A program made the position numbers and the translations under genes. 64,000 nucleotides of DNA, from contig CAYFSO010000004.1 of the NCBI GenBank assembly GCA_964345775.1, positions 9,141 to 73,140 of the forward strand. Direction: 5' to 3'. This DNA comes from an uncultured Leptospiraceae bacterium. Its GTDB lineage: Bacteria; Spirochaetota; UBA4802; UB4802. Positions 51,968-62,166 of this stretch are shown piece after piece; the first letter of the stretch is position 1; the number at the start of each line of letters is the position of its first letter. Below the pieces are notes generated by a model that was not told where the DNA came from, made no database searches, and was given only the letters and a program-made list of their open reading frames with translations.

Positions 51968-54490
51968 TCAAATATACACTTCCCGTGGTTTGCTTCCCTG
52001 CTGCGGGCCTATATAGCCAAGCTCTTCCATTCGTTCCACGATGCGTGCCGCCCGGTTGTAGCCGATGGAAAGCCGACGCTGAAGGTACGAGGCAGAGGCC
52101 TTCTTGGTTTCCTCGATGATCTTGATGGCCTCCACGAAAAGTTCGTCCTCTTCGCCCGAATCATCATCCTGGTCATTCTCGAATAGCGAGGCCTCGATAT
52201 CGATGTAGTTGGGAGTTCCCATGGACTGCAGGTGCTGTACCACCGACATTATTTCGTCCTCGGATATGAATGCACCCTGTATACGGACGGGGAAGGAACT
52301 CATGGGAGACTGGTACAGCATGTCACCACGGCCCAGAAGCTTCTCCGCGCCGTTCTGGTCTATGATGGTACGCGAGTCTGTCTTCTGCGCCACCTGGAAG
52401 GCCACACGTGCCGGAAAGTTGGCCTTTATAATACCGGTGATAACGTCAACCGACGGCCGCTGGGTTGCCAGCACCAGGTGTATCCCCACTGCCCGCGCCT
52501 TCTGTGCGATTCGTGTGATGAATCCTTCGATCTCCTTGGCCGCCACCATCATCAGGTCGGCAAGCTCGTCCATAATGACCACGATGTAGGGCAATATCTC
52601 GGCATCCCCGCCCTTCTTTGCAGCCTTCTCGTTGTAGCGTTCAATGTCCCGGGTATTCAACTCAGACAGAAGGTAATACCGCCGCTCCATCTCGTACATG
52701 GTCCATTTGAGTGCCCTGGGGGCTATACCCGGTTCGGTTATCACCGGGTGCAGCAGGTGAGGCAGGCCATTGTACAGCTGCAGTTCCACCATCTTGGGAT
52801 CCACCATGATAAAGCGCACGAAATTGGGGTCGTAGTTGTATACAAGGCTGGTAATAATTGCGTTTACCAGCACCGATTTACCCGATCCCGTTGCACCGGC
52901 GATCAACAGGTGGGGAAGCTGTTTCAGGTCCATGATGACCGGCTTGCCCAAAATATCCTTGCCCAGGGCAACTTTCAGCTTGCCCGGACGTGAATGGTAT
53001 TCCGGGGATTTCACAATGTCACCAAGGGTAACCACTTCCCTCTTTACGTTTGGCACTTCTACGCCGATGGCCTTCTTACCCGGAATGGGTGCCACTATAC
53101 GCACCCTCGAAGCGGCAAGGGCCATGGCTATGTCATCCGCAAGGCTGACTATCTTGTTCACCTTGATACCGGGAGCTATCTGCATTTCGTACAACGAGAT
53201 AACCGGCCCCCGGTTCACGTTGATGACCTTTGATTCTATACCAAAATCCCTGAGTGTATTCACAAGAAGTTCAGAGTTTCGAACTATCTCCGCTTTCCAG
53301 CTGGTTTCATCCGTTGTTTCTGAGGAGTAAAGAAAACGGGTGGGTATTATATACTCCTGGTTGATGGAGACTTCTTCAAAGACCTTCTCCCCGTCACCGT
53401 AATATACATTTTCTATTTCATCATTCCCGTCGTCTTCGGCGTACACCTCGTCGGGTTCATTTTCAAAATCCAGGTCCGGGGTATCAACCACCGCCGTTGA
53501 TGCCTGCGGCTGTCCCCCGTCCTTCTCAACATTCTGTTCACCTGCAACCGGTATGGCACCGGATATTGCCCTTTCCGGTTCAAGCATTTTAAACCTGTTA
53601 TACTTCACCTGTGTCTCTTCCGGTTCAGGGGATTCCTGGTAATTATAAACGGCTGGGTACGAGGATCCTTCCACTTCTTCATACGCATCTTCATCATAGA
53701 CGTTCACGTCAAATGTTAGTTGATCATCTTCAGGTTCTTCGTTATTGTCACCGGTATAGGTCATGTCCTCCAGTTCTACCAGCCTGGGGGTACTGTTTTC
53801 CATGAAGTCCTTTTCGTAATAGTCTTCGCCGTAGACTACCACCTTCTTTTTTACTACCCAGGGCAGCCTCTTTTTACCGTTCAGCTTCACGTCAATGCTG
53901 TTGAGTGGAATGGATTCCCGTGTTTTCTTCATTTTTCTACGGTTTGCCATGTTCTTAAAAAAGGAACCAATACTTCCCCGGTGTTCCCCGCCGTATTCAA
54001 TTATATTGGTAATGGAAACAATACCAAGAAGTATCATGCCGATCAGGTTTATGGTAAGGGTAAATATCCACGCACCTGCAGTTCCAGCCAGGTGCACGAA
54101 TGTTTTCATGAGGGATATCCCGATAAATCCACCGGAAAACTGTGAAATAACGTTACCCCGGGCCAGTGCGAGCAACACCGACATGGTGACCATGAGGAAT
54201 ACAAGGGAAAAGACCTTTTCCATGACGGGAACCGCCGATCCTTTCCTTATGAATGACCAGCCGGCCACAAGCAGTATTATACCAAAGATGTAGGACGAGT
54301 ATCCAAAGGAGGACCGCAGCAGGTGGCTCACCCATGCGCCGATGGGACCCGCCACGTTCAGCACCTCGAGGTTGCCCCGCAGGTTGTCAATATCGGATAT
54401 ATGGTAACTGAGAAGAGAAGCAAAAATAAACATGCCGGTAATTATCAGCAACACACCGGTTATTTCTCGTAAACGTCGGTCCTGTACCAC
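51968..54490 (-). CDS. ftsK: DNA translocase FtsK
   Basis: 840 aa. N-terminal TM helices and an acidic linker. Motor domain Walker A GATGSGKSV and Walker B IVVIMDELADLM. C-terminal gamma winged helix (SYLQRRLSIGYNRAARIVERME). Confidence 0.9.
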   Translation of the reverse strand: MVQDRRLREITGVLLIITGMFIFASLLSYHISDIDNLRGNLEVLNVAGPIGAWVSHLLRSSFGYSSYIFGIILLVAGWSFIRKGSAVPVMEKVFSLVFLMVTMSVLLALARGNVISQFSGGFIGISLMKTFVHLAGTAGAWIFTLTINLIGMILLGIVSITNIIEYGGEHRGSIGSFFKNMANRRKMKKTRESIPLNSIDVKLNGKKRLPWVVKKKVVVYGEDYYEKDFMENSTPRLVELEDMTYTGDNNEEPEDDQLTFDVNVYDEDAYEEVEGSSYPAVYNYQESPEPEETQVKYNRFKMLEPERAISGAIPVAGEQNVEKDGGQPQASTAVVDTPDLDFENEPDEVYAEDDGNDEIENVYYGDGEKVFEEVSINQEYIIPTRFLYSSETTDETSWKAEIVRNSELLVNTLRDFGIESKVINVNRGPVISLYEMQIAPGIKVNKIVSLADDIAMALAASRVRIVAPIPGKKAIGVEVPNVKREVVTLGDIVKSPEYHSRPGKLKVALGKDILGKPVIMDLKQLPHLLIAGATGSGKSVLVNAIITSLVYNYDPNFVRFIMVDPKMVELQLYNGLPHLLHPVITEPGIAPRALKWTMYEMERRYYLLSELNTRDIERYNEKAAKKGGDAEILPYIVVIMDELADLMMVAAKEIEGFITRIAQKARAVGIHLVLATQRPSVDVITGIIKANFPARVAFQVAQKTDSRTIIDQNGAEKLLGRGDMLYQSPMSSFPVRIQGAFISEDEIMSVVQHLQSMGTPNYIDIEASLFENDQDDDSGEEDELFVEAIKIIEETKKASASYLQRRLSIGYNRAARIVERMEELGYIGPQQGSKPREVYI

Positions 54491-54530
54491 GGTTCCCCCC
54501 GGTTATTCATAACTACTGTACAGGTCAATG

Positions 54531-55364
54531 CTACAGGAAAACGATAATCCCTGCCAGGCCAATTGCGATGGTATAATACCCGAATACGTCGATACGTATG
54601 CGCCGTACCATGGCAAACAACAGCTTAAGGGATGCCAGGGCCACCAGGAAAGTGACCAGCATTGCCACCAGCAGCGGGAGCAGCACATGTAGTTCCAATC
54701 CCTTCTGGAAAAGCGGCAGCGCTTCAAGGAAACCCGCACCGGCTATTACCGGTATCGCCATAAGGAAGGAAAAACGGGCCGACTCTTCCGGTTCAAGGCC
54801 CGCCAGCATCCCACCCGTGATAGTTGCACCGGAACGGGAAATACCCGGTATTATGGCCAGAGCCTGGCATACCCCAATGCAAATTGACCTGTACATACCT
54901 GTCTCTTCTATATATCGGCTTTTCATGGGGATAATTTTAGTTGATAACAGGATTAAACCGTTCACGCACAGCATAATAAATACTGAAAGCGGATTATTAA
55001 AAAAACGAGTAAAATAGTCATGCAGCAGTACACCGGCTGCACCCGCAGGTATGGACGCGGCAAGTATATACAGTACGGCCCTGAATTCCTTTTCACCCGT
55101 TCCCCTGCCGCTTATCTTCTTCAACGTGCCCCTGGTCAACCTGGCAATATCCCTCCATAAAAATACCAGTACAGCCATAAGTGAAGCCACGTGCAATGTG
55201 ACGTTCACAAAAATTTCGGACGACGTACCCATTGCCTGCATGGTAGACTGGAACCAGGGAACATGCCCAAGCAGCACCAGGTGCCCTGAAGAAGAGACGG
55301 GTAAGAATTCCGCTACACCCTGCACCACGCCCAGGGTAACTAAAACTAACATGAGTTCAAGCAT
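54531..55364 (-). CDS. uppP: Undecaprenyl-diphosphate phosphatase
   Basis: LGVVQGVAEFLPVSSSGHL and GISRSGATI motifs. The track start (TTG 55385) overlaps rnj by 20 nt. In-frame ATG 55364 (MLELMLVLVTLGVVQG) removes the overlap and is preferred. Confidence 0.85.
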   Translation of the reverse strand: MLELMLVLVTLGVVQGVAEFLPVSSSGHLVLLGHVPWFQSTMQAMGTSSEIFVNVTLHVASLMAVLVFLWRDIARLTRGTLKKISGRGTGEKEFRAVLYILAASIPAGAAGVLLHDYFTRFFNNPLSVFIMLCVNGLILLSTKIIPMKSRYIEETGMYRSICIGVCQALAIIPGISRSGATITGGMLAGLEPEESARFSFLMAIPVIAGAGFLEALPLFQKGLELHVLLPLLVAMLVTFLVALASLKLLFAMVRRIRIDVFGYYTIAIGLAGIIVFL

Positions 55365-55365
55365 A

Positions 55366-57024
55366 TCAGATCTCCACGATGGCAACTTCGACTACGGGAT
55401 TCCTTCGCGTGTGTTTATAGATGGTACTCTTGACGATTTTTTTCACACTTGCCTGTGCCTGTTTCAATGACGCACCGTCGACAAGCATCTTACTGAGCTG
55501 GTTTTCGGCATCGCGTTCAATCAGGCGGATCACCTTCTCACCTTTCTGTCCGGTAAAGCCGTGGGAGAGTACCTTTGGCTGGCTCATCATCATACCTTCG
55601 GAAACTACCGAGGTAATAACAACTATCCCACCCGATGCAAGGGAACGTCTTTCATCTATAAGTTCGCCGGTTACATCGCCCCGCAACGAACCATCAACGT
55701 ACACCATGGGCAGGTCAAGGGTCTCTGCTTTTTCTATCTTCTTGCGTGTGAGCTCTATGGCATCACCTGTCTGCCCTATCATGATATGATTCTGTTTTAC
55801 GCCAAGTGATTCGGCAAGCTTCGCGTGCGCCCGCATGTGCTTGTACTCACCATGAATGGGTATGAAAAATTTTGGACGGGTCAGGGATATCAAAAGCTTC
55901 AATTCTTCCTGTGAACCATGACCGGACACGTGGATGTCCTCGTCCTGCTCGTAGTGCACCTCGGCCTGCATTTTCAGAAGGGAATTGATGATCTTGTTCA
56001 CCATGCGTTCATTACCGGGGATCACCGAGGCAGTGATCACCACCGTATCGCCGGCACCGATCCTGAAATGCCTGTGTGTGCCACCGGCCATCCTTGTGAG
56101 TGCTGACATGGGCTCACCCTGTGTACCGGTACACACAACCACCAGCCGCTTATTGGTGTACTTGCCGATATCCCTGGTATCGATGATCAGGCCTTCCTTG
56201 TACTTCAGGTATCCCAGCTGGGTAGCGATCTCGATGTTCTTCTGCATGGTCATGCCCGAAACCACCACCTTCCGGTTATACCTGCCTGCGGCGTCGAGCA
56301 CCTGCTGTATGCGGTGTATATTTGATGCAAAGGTAGCCACGATGATGCGGCCCTTGCAACCGGAGAATATATCGATCAGCTTGTCTTTCAGCACACTCTC
56401 CGAACGGGTATATCCCTCTCGTTCAGCATTGGTACTGTCCCCCATCAGCAGGTGTACACCCTGCTGACCGTAATCACCGAAGCGGTGCAGGTCGGCAACC
56501 TTCCCGTCCACCGGCGAATGGTCGATCTTGAAGTCACCTGAATGGATGATAATACCCACAGGCGTCTGGATGGCAAGCCCCACCCCGTCAATGATGGAAT
56601 GGTTCACCCGTATGAATTCTACGGCAAAGCTGCCGATGTGCACCAGGTCCCTGGGCACTATCTCCATGAAAACCGGCTCCTCAAGGGGCTTGCGTTCTGC
56701 AAGCCTGCTCTGTATAAGTCCGATGGTAAGCCTGGTGGCGTATATGGGAGCCGTCACTTCCTGAAGCAGAAAAGGGATGGCACCGATATGGTCCTCGTGG
56801 CCATGGGTCACGATAATGGCTTTCAGCTTTTTCCTGTTCTTGATCACATAGCTGAAATCAGGGATAATAAGGTCAACGCCCGGCAGGTCATCACCGGGGA
56901 ACATGATACCGCAGTCGATGATCAGCATCTCGTCCCTGTATTCCATGAGCATCATGTTCCCGCCCACGGCACCAAGACCGCCCAGGGAGATTATCCGTAC
57001 TTTATCCTGTTCTTTCTTTTTCAT
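55366..57024 (-). CDS. rnj: Ribonuclease J
   Basis: 552 aa. Metallo-beta-lactamase motif [16 protein letters not shown], a beta-CASP region, and an RNase J C-terminal domain. 4-nt overlap with dut. Confidence 0.9.
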   Translation of the reverse strand: MKKKEQDKVRIISLGGLGAVGGNMMLMEYRDEMLIIDCGIMFPGDDLPGVDLIIPDFSYVIKNRKKLKAIIVTHGHEDHIGAIPFLLQEVTAPIYATRLTIGLIQSRLAERKPLEEPVFMEIVPRDLVHIGSFAVEFIRVNHSIIDGVGLAIQTPVGIIIHSGDFKIDHSPVDGKVADLHRFGDYGQQGVHLLMGDSTNAEREGYTRSESVLKDKLIDIFSGCKGRIIVATFASNIHRIQQVLDAAGRYNRKVVVSGMTMQKNIEIATQLGYLKYKEGLIIDTRDIGKYTNKRLVVVCTGTQGEPMSALTRMAGGTHRHFRIGAGDTVVITASVIPGNERMVNKIINSLLKMQAEVHYEQDEDIHVSGHGSQEELKLLISLTRPKFFIPIHGEYKHMRAHAKLAESLGVKQNHIMIGQTGDAIELTRKKIEKAETLDLPMVYVDGSLRGDVTGELIDERRSLASGGIVVITSVVSEGMMMSQPKVLSHGFTGQKGEKVIRLIERDAENQLSKMLVDGASLKQAQASVKKIVKSTIYKHTRRNPVVEVAIVEI

Positions 57025-57455
57025 ATTCCCGTATGACCAAATCCGCCTTCATTCCTTGCAGTTTCCTGCAGGGCGTCCACCACTTCAAAACTGCCCCGGT
57101 ATACCCTGGCAAACACCACCTGTGCCATACGCATGCCGGGTTCAACGGTAAACGCTTCATTTCCAATGTTCCCGATGATCACCTTTACCTCGCCCCTGTA
57201 ATCAGCATCAATTGTACCGGGACTGTTCGGAAGGATGATACCGTGTTTAAAGGCAAGCCCGCTCCGTGGCCTGATCTGCGCCTCGTATCCCGGAGGTATT
57301 TCCATGTATATGCCGGTTGGCACCAATACCCGCTCGCCCGGATACAGGGTAACGGCTTCTTCCAGTCCTGCATACAGGTCGGCACCCGCGGCGTGTTCAC
57401 TCTGGTATTCAGGTACCCTCGCGTTGGGTAAAAGTTTCAGCTTGATATCTATCAT
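57021..57455 (-). CDS. dut: dUTP diphosphatase
   Basis: Motifs [18 protein letters not shown] and [14 protein letters not shown] 57455 (MIDIKLKLL) has an AAGGAA SD. The track start at 57509 is probably too far upstream. Confidence 0.85.
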   Translation of the reverse strand: MIDIKLKLLPNARVPEYQSEHAAGADLYAGLEEAVTLYPGERVLVPTGIYMEIPPGYEAQIRPRSGLAFKHGIILPNSPGTIDADYRGEVKVIIGNIGNEAFTVEPGMRMAQVVFARVYRGSFEVVDALQETARNEGGFGHTGI

Positions 57456-57605
57456 GAAAAATTCCTTTGTCATTCCTGCATTCCGTTTTAACTTCAGCCG
57501 GGATGACACTACTGTTTACTAATAACCAATAACTAATTACTAATCATATAATCAGCACAGAATGAACAGGACGCCATTTCAAGTCAAGCAATTACTGTAT
57601 ATTCC

Positions 57606-58595
57606 CTACGTCTTCTTCCGGGTGGCCTTTTTCCGCGGAGACGGCTTAACAGTTGCACTATCTTCTTCAAGGTGCAGCATATGGGTTTTTACTCCCAGCT
57701 TTTTGAGTTCAATGGCAAGGTCAATTCGCAGCTGGCTGCGGAACAGCCAGGCATTTCCCGGGCTGTTCACCCATCCGGCTACCCAGCACTGAATACCGTC
57801 CTTTGCCAGCTCCATGACCCAGAAGTCCGTTTCGAAATTCTTTAACACGTATTCGTTTTCGGCGGCAATCTCCATTGAACGGGTTTTTACCAGTTCAATG
57901 TCTGCATCATATGAAACCCAGAACGTGACTGATGTCCACTGGTATGGATCGTTAATGGTGTAGTTGATAAAATCCTTCTGCAGCATGGTACTGTTGGGCA
58001 CGATGTACCGCTTCCAGTCCCATATTTTTATGATGGTATGGGTAATGGTTATGTCCTCCACGGTGCCGTAAAGGTTCTCGATCATCACCGTGTCGCCAAG
58101 GCGCAACTGTTTTGAAAAAGATATAACAATACCCGAGATAACATTCTCCACGAAAGGCTTGGCCGCGATACCTACAACCACTGCCCCCACTGTAACGAAG
58201 AGGGAGATCACCGCTGCCGGCGCTTTGCCAAGGAATGGTACGGTAAAGGCCACCAGCCATACAAAGAAAAGTATGATATAGGACAATCTCCTTATAATGG
58301 TAAACCTGCCCCCAATACTGTTGACCGCTTTATTACGTGCTTTTTTTACCGGGTTCTTTATAGGTGCTTCCAGGGGAACAGCCTGAAATCCCTTCAGGTC
58401 TTCCGCCCTTTCAGTACGCTGTTGTTCATAGGCCGTGATAACATGCCTGATTAACAGGTAAATAACCAGGGTGATCCCGGTCAACCCAATGAGATACACC
58501 ATGTCCTGCTGGTCAATTATTGCCGCCATTTGCTTTTTTAAATACTCCCGCTGATGGTTATTTTTATGAAAACTATAGTATATCACGTAAATCAT
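57606..58595 (-). CDS. MscS-family mechanosensitive channel
   Basis: 329 aa. Three TM helices, then LRLGDTVMIENLYGTVEDITITHTIIKIWDWKRYIVPNS, the typical MscS beta-domain. Confidence 0.8.
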   Translation of the reverse strand: MIYVIYYSFHKNNHQREYLKKQMAAIIDQQDMVYLIGLTGITLVIYLLIRHVITAYEQQRTERAEDLKGFQAVPLEAPIKNPVKKARNKAVNSIGGRFTIIRRLSYIILFFVWLVAFTVPFLGKAPAAVISLFVTVGAVVVGIAAKPFVENVISGIVISFSKQLRLGDTVMIENLYGTVEDITITHTIIKIWDWKRYIVPNSTMLQKDFINYTINDPYQWTSVTFWVSYDADIELVKTRSMEIAAENEYVLKNFETDFWVMELAKDGIQCWVAGWVNSPGNAWLFRSQLRIDLAIELKKLGVKTHMLHLEEDSATVKPSPRKKATRKKT

Positions 58596-58722
58596 CGCAA
58601 CTGTATTTTAAATTTTACCTGTTTGTAATATACACAGTAAAAATACGCGCTTTTTTAATTGCAGGATGATCGTTTATTTCTATATATTGACACCCATACT
58701 GGCTATTACACGGGGTGAATCA

Positions 58723-59994
58723 ATGATATCAACCGGGATATCCCACCTGGACAAGCTCACCGGGGGTCTGAAACTGGGTGACAACGTAGTATTCAAGATA
58801 GAGAGTGGCGTACCAATAGAGTATTTCATCAAGTCTTACTTCAATTCTTCACACGAGTTCAACAAAAGCGTTATTTATATTAACTTCAACTATTCACCCC
58901 ATACCATATACAAGAGATTCCATGAAATATTCACCCGCGCAAACGTCACCCTGATTGACGCCTTCACCCATGGCAAGGGCAACAGCGATCCGGTCTTCCT
59001 GGATTTCTACTACCAGAAAAACCAGGAAGACATCAGGGAAGTGATCTGTATCGAGAATCCCCGGGATATTTCCTCTTTCCTTGAAAAGATGAACCAGATC
59101 CAGGAGGTACACAGGGAAGGTTCATTTTACATATTTGACAGCCTCACCGGGATGAACGAACTATGGAAAGATGAACAGGCGGTACTTGATCTCTTTGCCT
59201 TCACCTGCCCCAAGCTGTATGACCTGAACACCATCGCTTACTGGGTATATGAGAAAAACGCGCATACAAAAAAATTTATTGCCGGCATCACCCATATTAC
59301 GCAGATAGTTTTTTCTCTTCTTAATACCGATGAAGATTATTACGATCTCAAGGTACTGAAGCTGGAAGACAGGCCGGACACCAGCGTGGCAGGCGCACAC
59401 AGTTTTAAAATAGTAAACCGGTCTATTGAATTCCAGGAACAGCGCGAGCTCATGCCCTTTCATATTGGCACAAGGGTAAAAGAACTGCGTAAGTCACAGC
59501 ATATTACCCAGTCTGACCTTGCACGGCAACTGGGCATGACCCCGGGGGCAATATCCCAGATAGAGAACGACATAACCTCACCGTCGTTACACACCCTGGT
59601 GCAGCTTTCCAGGATATTCAACAGGCCCGTGGAGCATTTTATATCTGAGAACACACTTGATGAACCACGCAGGGGATTTACCATATTTAACAGGAATGAA
59701 GAACAAGGGGAAGAAAACCAGGACCTGCTGATGAGAGATCTTACTCGTGACTCGGTACCGGGGATACAGGTATACCATATAACACTCAAAAAAAACAACA
59801 GTATAGAACGCCCCCTGTTCCTGCATAAAGGCAGGGAATTTTTCACTGTTATCGATGGCACAATATCCGTGACGATACACGATGAAGATCATTTCCTCTC
59901 AAGTGGTGACTCAATATACCTTGAAACAGCCTTCATAGAGAAGTGGCTCAATCCATCCAGCGAAGATTGCCATATCATGTACCTGCTGCTATAG
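58723..59994 (+). CDS. Transcriptional regulator: P-loop-less KaiC/RecA-like domain + XRE-family HTH + C-terminal cupin
   Basis: N-terminus ISTGISHLDKLTGGLKLGDNVVFKIESGVPIEYF is KaiC/RadA-like, but the Walker A GxxGxGKT is replaced. A Walker-B-like FYIFDSLTGM is present. HTH IGTRVKELRKSQHITQSDLARQLGMTPGAISQIENDITSPSLHTLVQLSRIF. Cupin-like C-terminus (HKGREFFTVIDGTISVTI). ATG 58723 has a GGGGTG SD. The track start 58666 is unlikely. Confidence 0.7.
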   Translation: MISTGISHLDKLTGGLKLGDNVVFKIESGVPIEYFIKSYFNSSHEFNKSVIYINFNYSPHTIYKRFHEIFTRANVTLIDAFTHGKGNSDPVFLDFYYQKNQEDIREVICIENPRDISSFLEKMNQIQEVHREGSFYIFDSLTGMNELWKDEQAVLDLFAFTCPKLYDLNTIAYWVYEKNAHTKKFIAGITHITQIVFSLLNTDEDYYDLKVLKLEDRPDTSVAGAHSFKIVNRSIEFQEQRELMPFHIGTRVKELRKSQHITQSDLARQLGMTPGAISQIENDITSPSLHTLVQLSRIFNRPVEHFISENTLDEPRRGFTIFNRNEEQGEENQDLLMRDLTRDSVPGIQVYHITLKKNNSIERPLFLHKGREFFTVIDGTISVTIHDEDHFLSSGDSIYLETAFIEKWLNPSSEDCHIMYLLL

Positions 59995-60076
59995 CATATA
60001 TCCGATGAAATTCTTTTGATTCCCCGCCAATGTGCCGATAGAATAATATATAAATTTCATCGTACAGGGTATAATA

Positions 60077-61105
60077 ATGACAGATATTGACGAAATCAAT
60101 GAGCTGGAAAAAAAGGTCTATGACCTGCGAAATCTCATCGAGATAGGGATAAGCCTTTCTTCCAACCTTGAATTCGAGAGTCTCGTAGAATCACTGCTGT
60201 ACAGCTGTATAGGGCAGATGTTTCTGGAAAAGATTGCCCTGCTGCTGCAGGTTGATATTGATATCAATGATTACTATATACACATGTCAAAGGGATACGA
60301 TTCCGATTTTCCCGGTGAAGTAATAATTTCAGAGAACTCTCCTTTGGTACAGTACCTTGAAAGCAACCCCTATCCTGCACGGTACGAAGACCTTCTCGAT
60401 GTCAATGATATTAAAGACGAGCTGAACAGGATCGCTTTCCTTGCCCCAGTGATAATTGTCCCATTGAAATCAAAGAACGCCTTGAACGGCATACTCCTGT
60501 TGGGAAAGAAGCTGAATGGAGAAGAGTTCTCTGCAAGTGACCGCGAATTCCTGAACTACCTGTCACGGTTCGGGGCAATCGCCGTAGAAAACTCCCGCCT
60601 GTATCTCATGTCCACACTTGACCGCATGACAAGGCTGTATATACACCATTATTTCCAGATACGTCTTCTTGAAGAGATGAAACGCAGCCAGAGATACAAG
60701 ACACCATTATCACTGATCATTTCAGATATTGACCATTTCAAGAATTTCAACGATACCTACGGACATCAGCAGGGTGACATCGTGCTGAAGGAAGCGGCAC
60801 GGGTTTTCAAGGAACAATTACGGAAAATTGATCTTGCCGCCCGGTACGGTGGAGAAGAATTTGCCATTATACTGCCTGAAACCAGTCTCAAGGAGGCAGG
60901 CCAGGTGGCCCAGCGGCTTCGGCAATCCATTGAAAGCTATCCTTTCAGCGGCCAGGATAAACCGCTGCATGTCACCATCTCCCTTGGTGTAGCCGAGTAT
61001 GATCTCAACCGGGATGTTGACTCAAAGACCCTCATAGACCGCGCAGACCGCGCCATGTACGGGGCCAAGGAATCCGGACGTAACCGGGTAGCCATGTTCA
61101 AATAA
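60077..61105 (+). CDS. GAF-domain diguanylate cyclase (GGDEF)
   Basis: 342 aa. GAF-like N-terminus. Active-site RYGGEEFAIILPET, and DIDHFKNFNDTYGHQQGD. Confidence 0.85.
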   Translation: MTDIDEINELEKKVYDLRNLIEIGISLSSNLEFESLVESLLYSCIGQMFLEKIALLLQVDIDINDYYIHMSKGYDSDFPGEVIISENSPLVQYLESNPYPARYEDLLDVNDIKDELNRIAFLAPVIIVPLKSKNALNGILLLGKKLNGEEFSASDREFLNYLSRFGAIAVENSRLYLMSTLDRMTRLYIHHYFQIRLLEEMKRSQRYKTPLSLIISDIDHFKNFNDTYGHQQGDIVLKEAARVFKEQLRKIDLAARYGGEEFAIILPETSLKEAGQVAQRLRQSIESYPFSGQDKPLHVTISLGVAEYDLNRDVDSKTLIDRADRAMYGAKESGRNRVAMFK

Positions 61106-61212
61106 CAGGTGTCAACTATACCAGGAAGCTTTTAATAGTTGCATCTTTTATGCCGATAGATTGTACTAATATTATGTCACGGAAAAAGAACACGAATACA
61201 GGAAATCATAAC

Positions 61213-62046
61213 ATGCAGGAACAACAGAACCGTTTCGCGTATGCCGTTGAACTCGAAAAATGCGGAGATTATTCCAGCGCACTGCGTGAGTACAAGGCCA
61301 TCGTATCCGAAAATTCTTCCTATAAGGAAGCGTATCTCAACCTTGGCTCCCTGTATTCACGAATGGAGCACTACGACGAGGCAATGGAAAACTATCATCA
61401 CGCCCTCAGGCTTGGTGAGGATTACCTCATATACTTCAACATAGGCAGCATTCTCTACCGTAAGGGAGAATACAAGCGGGCGGTCCTGATGCTGGAAAAG
61501 GCACGCCGCATGCAGCCCCGTTTCCCCCTTACCATTCTGGTCATGGGCCTGTGTTTCAGCAGGCTGAACAACCGCAAGGCAGCCCTCACCTGTTTCGAGG
61601 ACGTGCTTGCCATCGCACCCCGTAACAGGGTAGCACTCACCGCCCTGGCCCTTCATTACTACGAGGAAGGCAACTACAGCAGGACGCTGCAGCTGCTTGA
61701 CCAGCTGGAAAAAACCGGTATTGATAAAAACAGGTACAACCGTCTTCGCGCCGATTCACTTATGAATTCCGGCCGGGATGACGAGGCGGTGGCGGTTGTA
61801 AAGAACATGCGCCACACCTCGGAAGGCTTTAAAAAGTTCGACACCTTCATTGAAGCTGTACCGGTTGAACTTTTCACCGACAGGCATGGCACCATCGACA
61901 CCAAGATAGGCATTTTAAAAGAAAAGGTTATGACGGACGGGGACAGGGACAGCCTCATATCCCTCAGCCTTTGCCACATGCTGAAAGGCGACATGGATTC
62001 CGCCATGGATTACCTCTTCCAGGCAAAGAAGCATACCCTGCATTAG
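61213..62046 (+). CDS. TPR-repeat protein
   Basis: TPR units (YKEAYLNLGSLYSRMEHYDEAMENYHHALRL etc.). The track ORF starts at 61150. ATG 61213 has an AGGAAA SD and is preferred, but the start is uncertain. Confidence 0.7.
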   Translation: MQEQQNRFAYAVELEKCGDYSSALREYKAIVSENSSYKEAYLNLGSLYSRMEHYDEAMENYHHALRLGEDYLIYFNIGSILYRKGEYKRAVLMLEKARRMQPRFPLTILVMGLCFSRLNNRKAALTCFEDVLAIAPRNRVALTALALHYYEEGNYSRTLQLLDQLEKTGIDKNRYNRLRADSLMNSGRDDEAVAVVKNMRHTSEGFKKFDTFIEAVPVELFTDRHGTIDTKIGILKEKVMTDGDRDSLISLSLCHMLKGDMDSAMDYLFQAKKHTLH

Positions 62047-62080
62047 GCTTAACAACGGATACCTGTTTCCCCAAATACAG

Positions 62081-62154
62081 GGGCGATTAGCTCAGTCGGT
62101 TAGAGTGCCTGCCTCACATGCAGGAGGTCACTGGTTCGAATCCAGTATCGCCCA
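62081..62154 (+). tRNA. tRNA-Val, anticodon CAC
   Basis: Manual cloverleaf. Acceptor GGGCGAT/ATCGCCC. D arm GCTC-AGTCGGTTA-GAGT. Anticodon stem CCTGC/GCAGG with loop CTCACAT. Variable loop AGGTC. T arm ACTGG-TTCGAAT-CCAGT. Discriminator A. CCA is not encoded. Confidence 0.9.
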
Positions 62155-62166
62155 CATGCCGGCCCA

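Noticed and set aside
55320-55441. Counting the printed sequence across the line breaks at 55320/55321 and 55440/55441, I get one more C (acacccc-tg) and one fewer T (gat-tttttt-cac) than the track requires. The track translations affected are uppP (VVQGVAEF), rnj (SVKKIVK) and the + ORF 55051-55470. Taken literally, this would be a compensated +1/-1 frameshift over 120 nt.
   Set aside because: The two differences cancel and both fall exactly on line breaks. The three track ORFs are mutually consistent and biologically sensible (canonical UppP motif). I treat this as my own counting or format artefact. Coordinates in this stretch follow the ORF track.
58596-58722. A possible dif/XerCD-like site (TGTAATATACACAGTAAAAATACGCGC) in the mscS/regulator spacer, prompted by ftsK being nearby.
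   Set aside because: Only the central TATACA resembles dif. Both flanking arms fail to match the XerC and XerD half-sites, and ftsK proximity is not a predictor of dif location.
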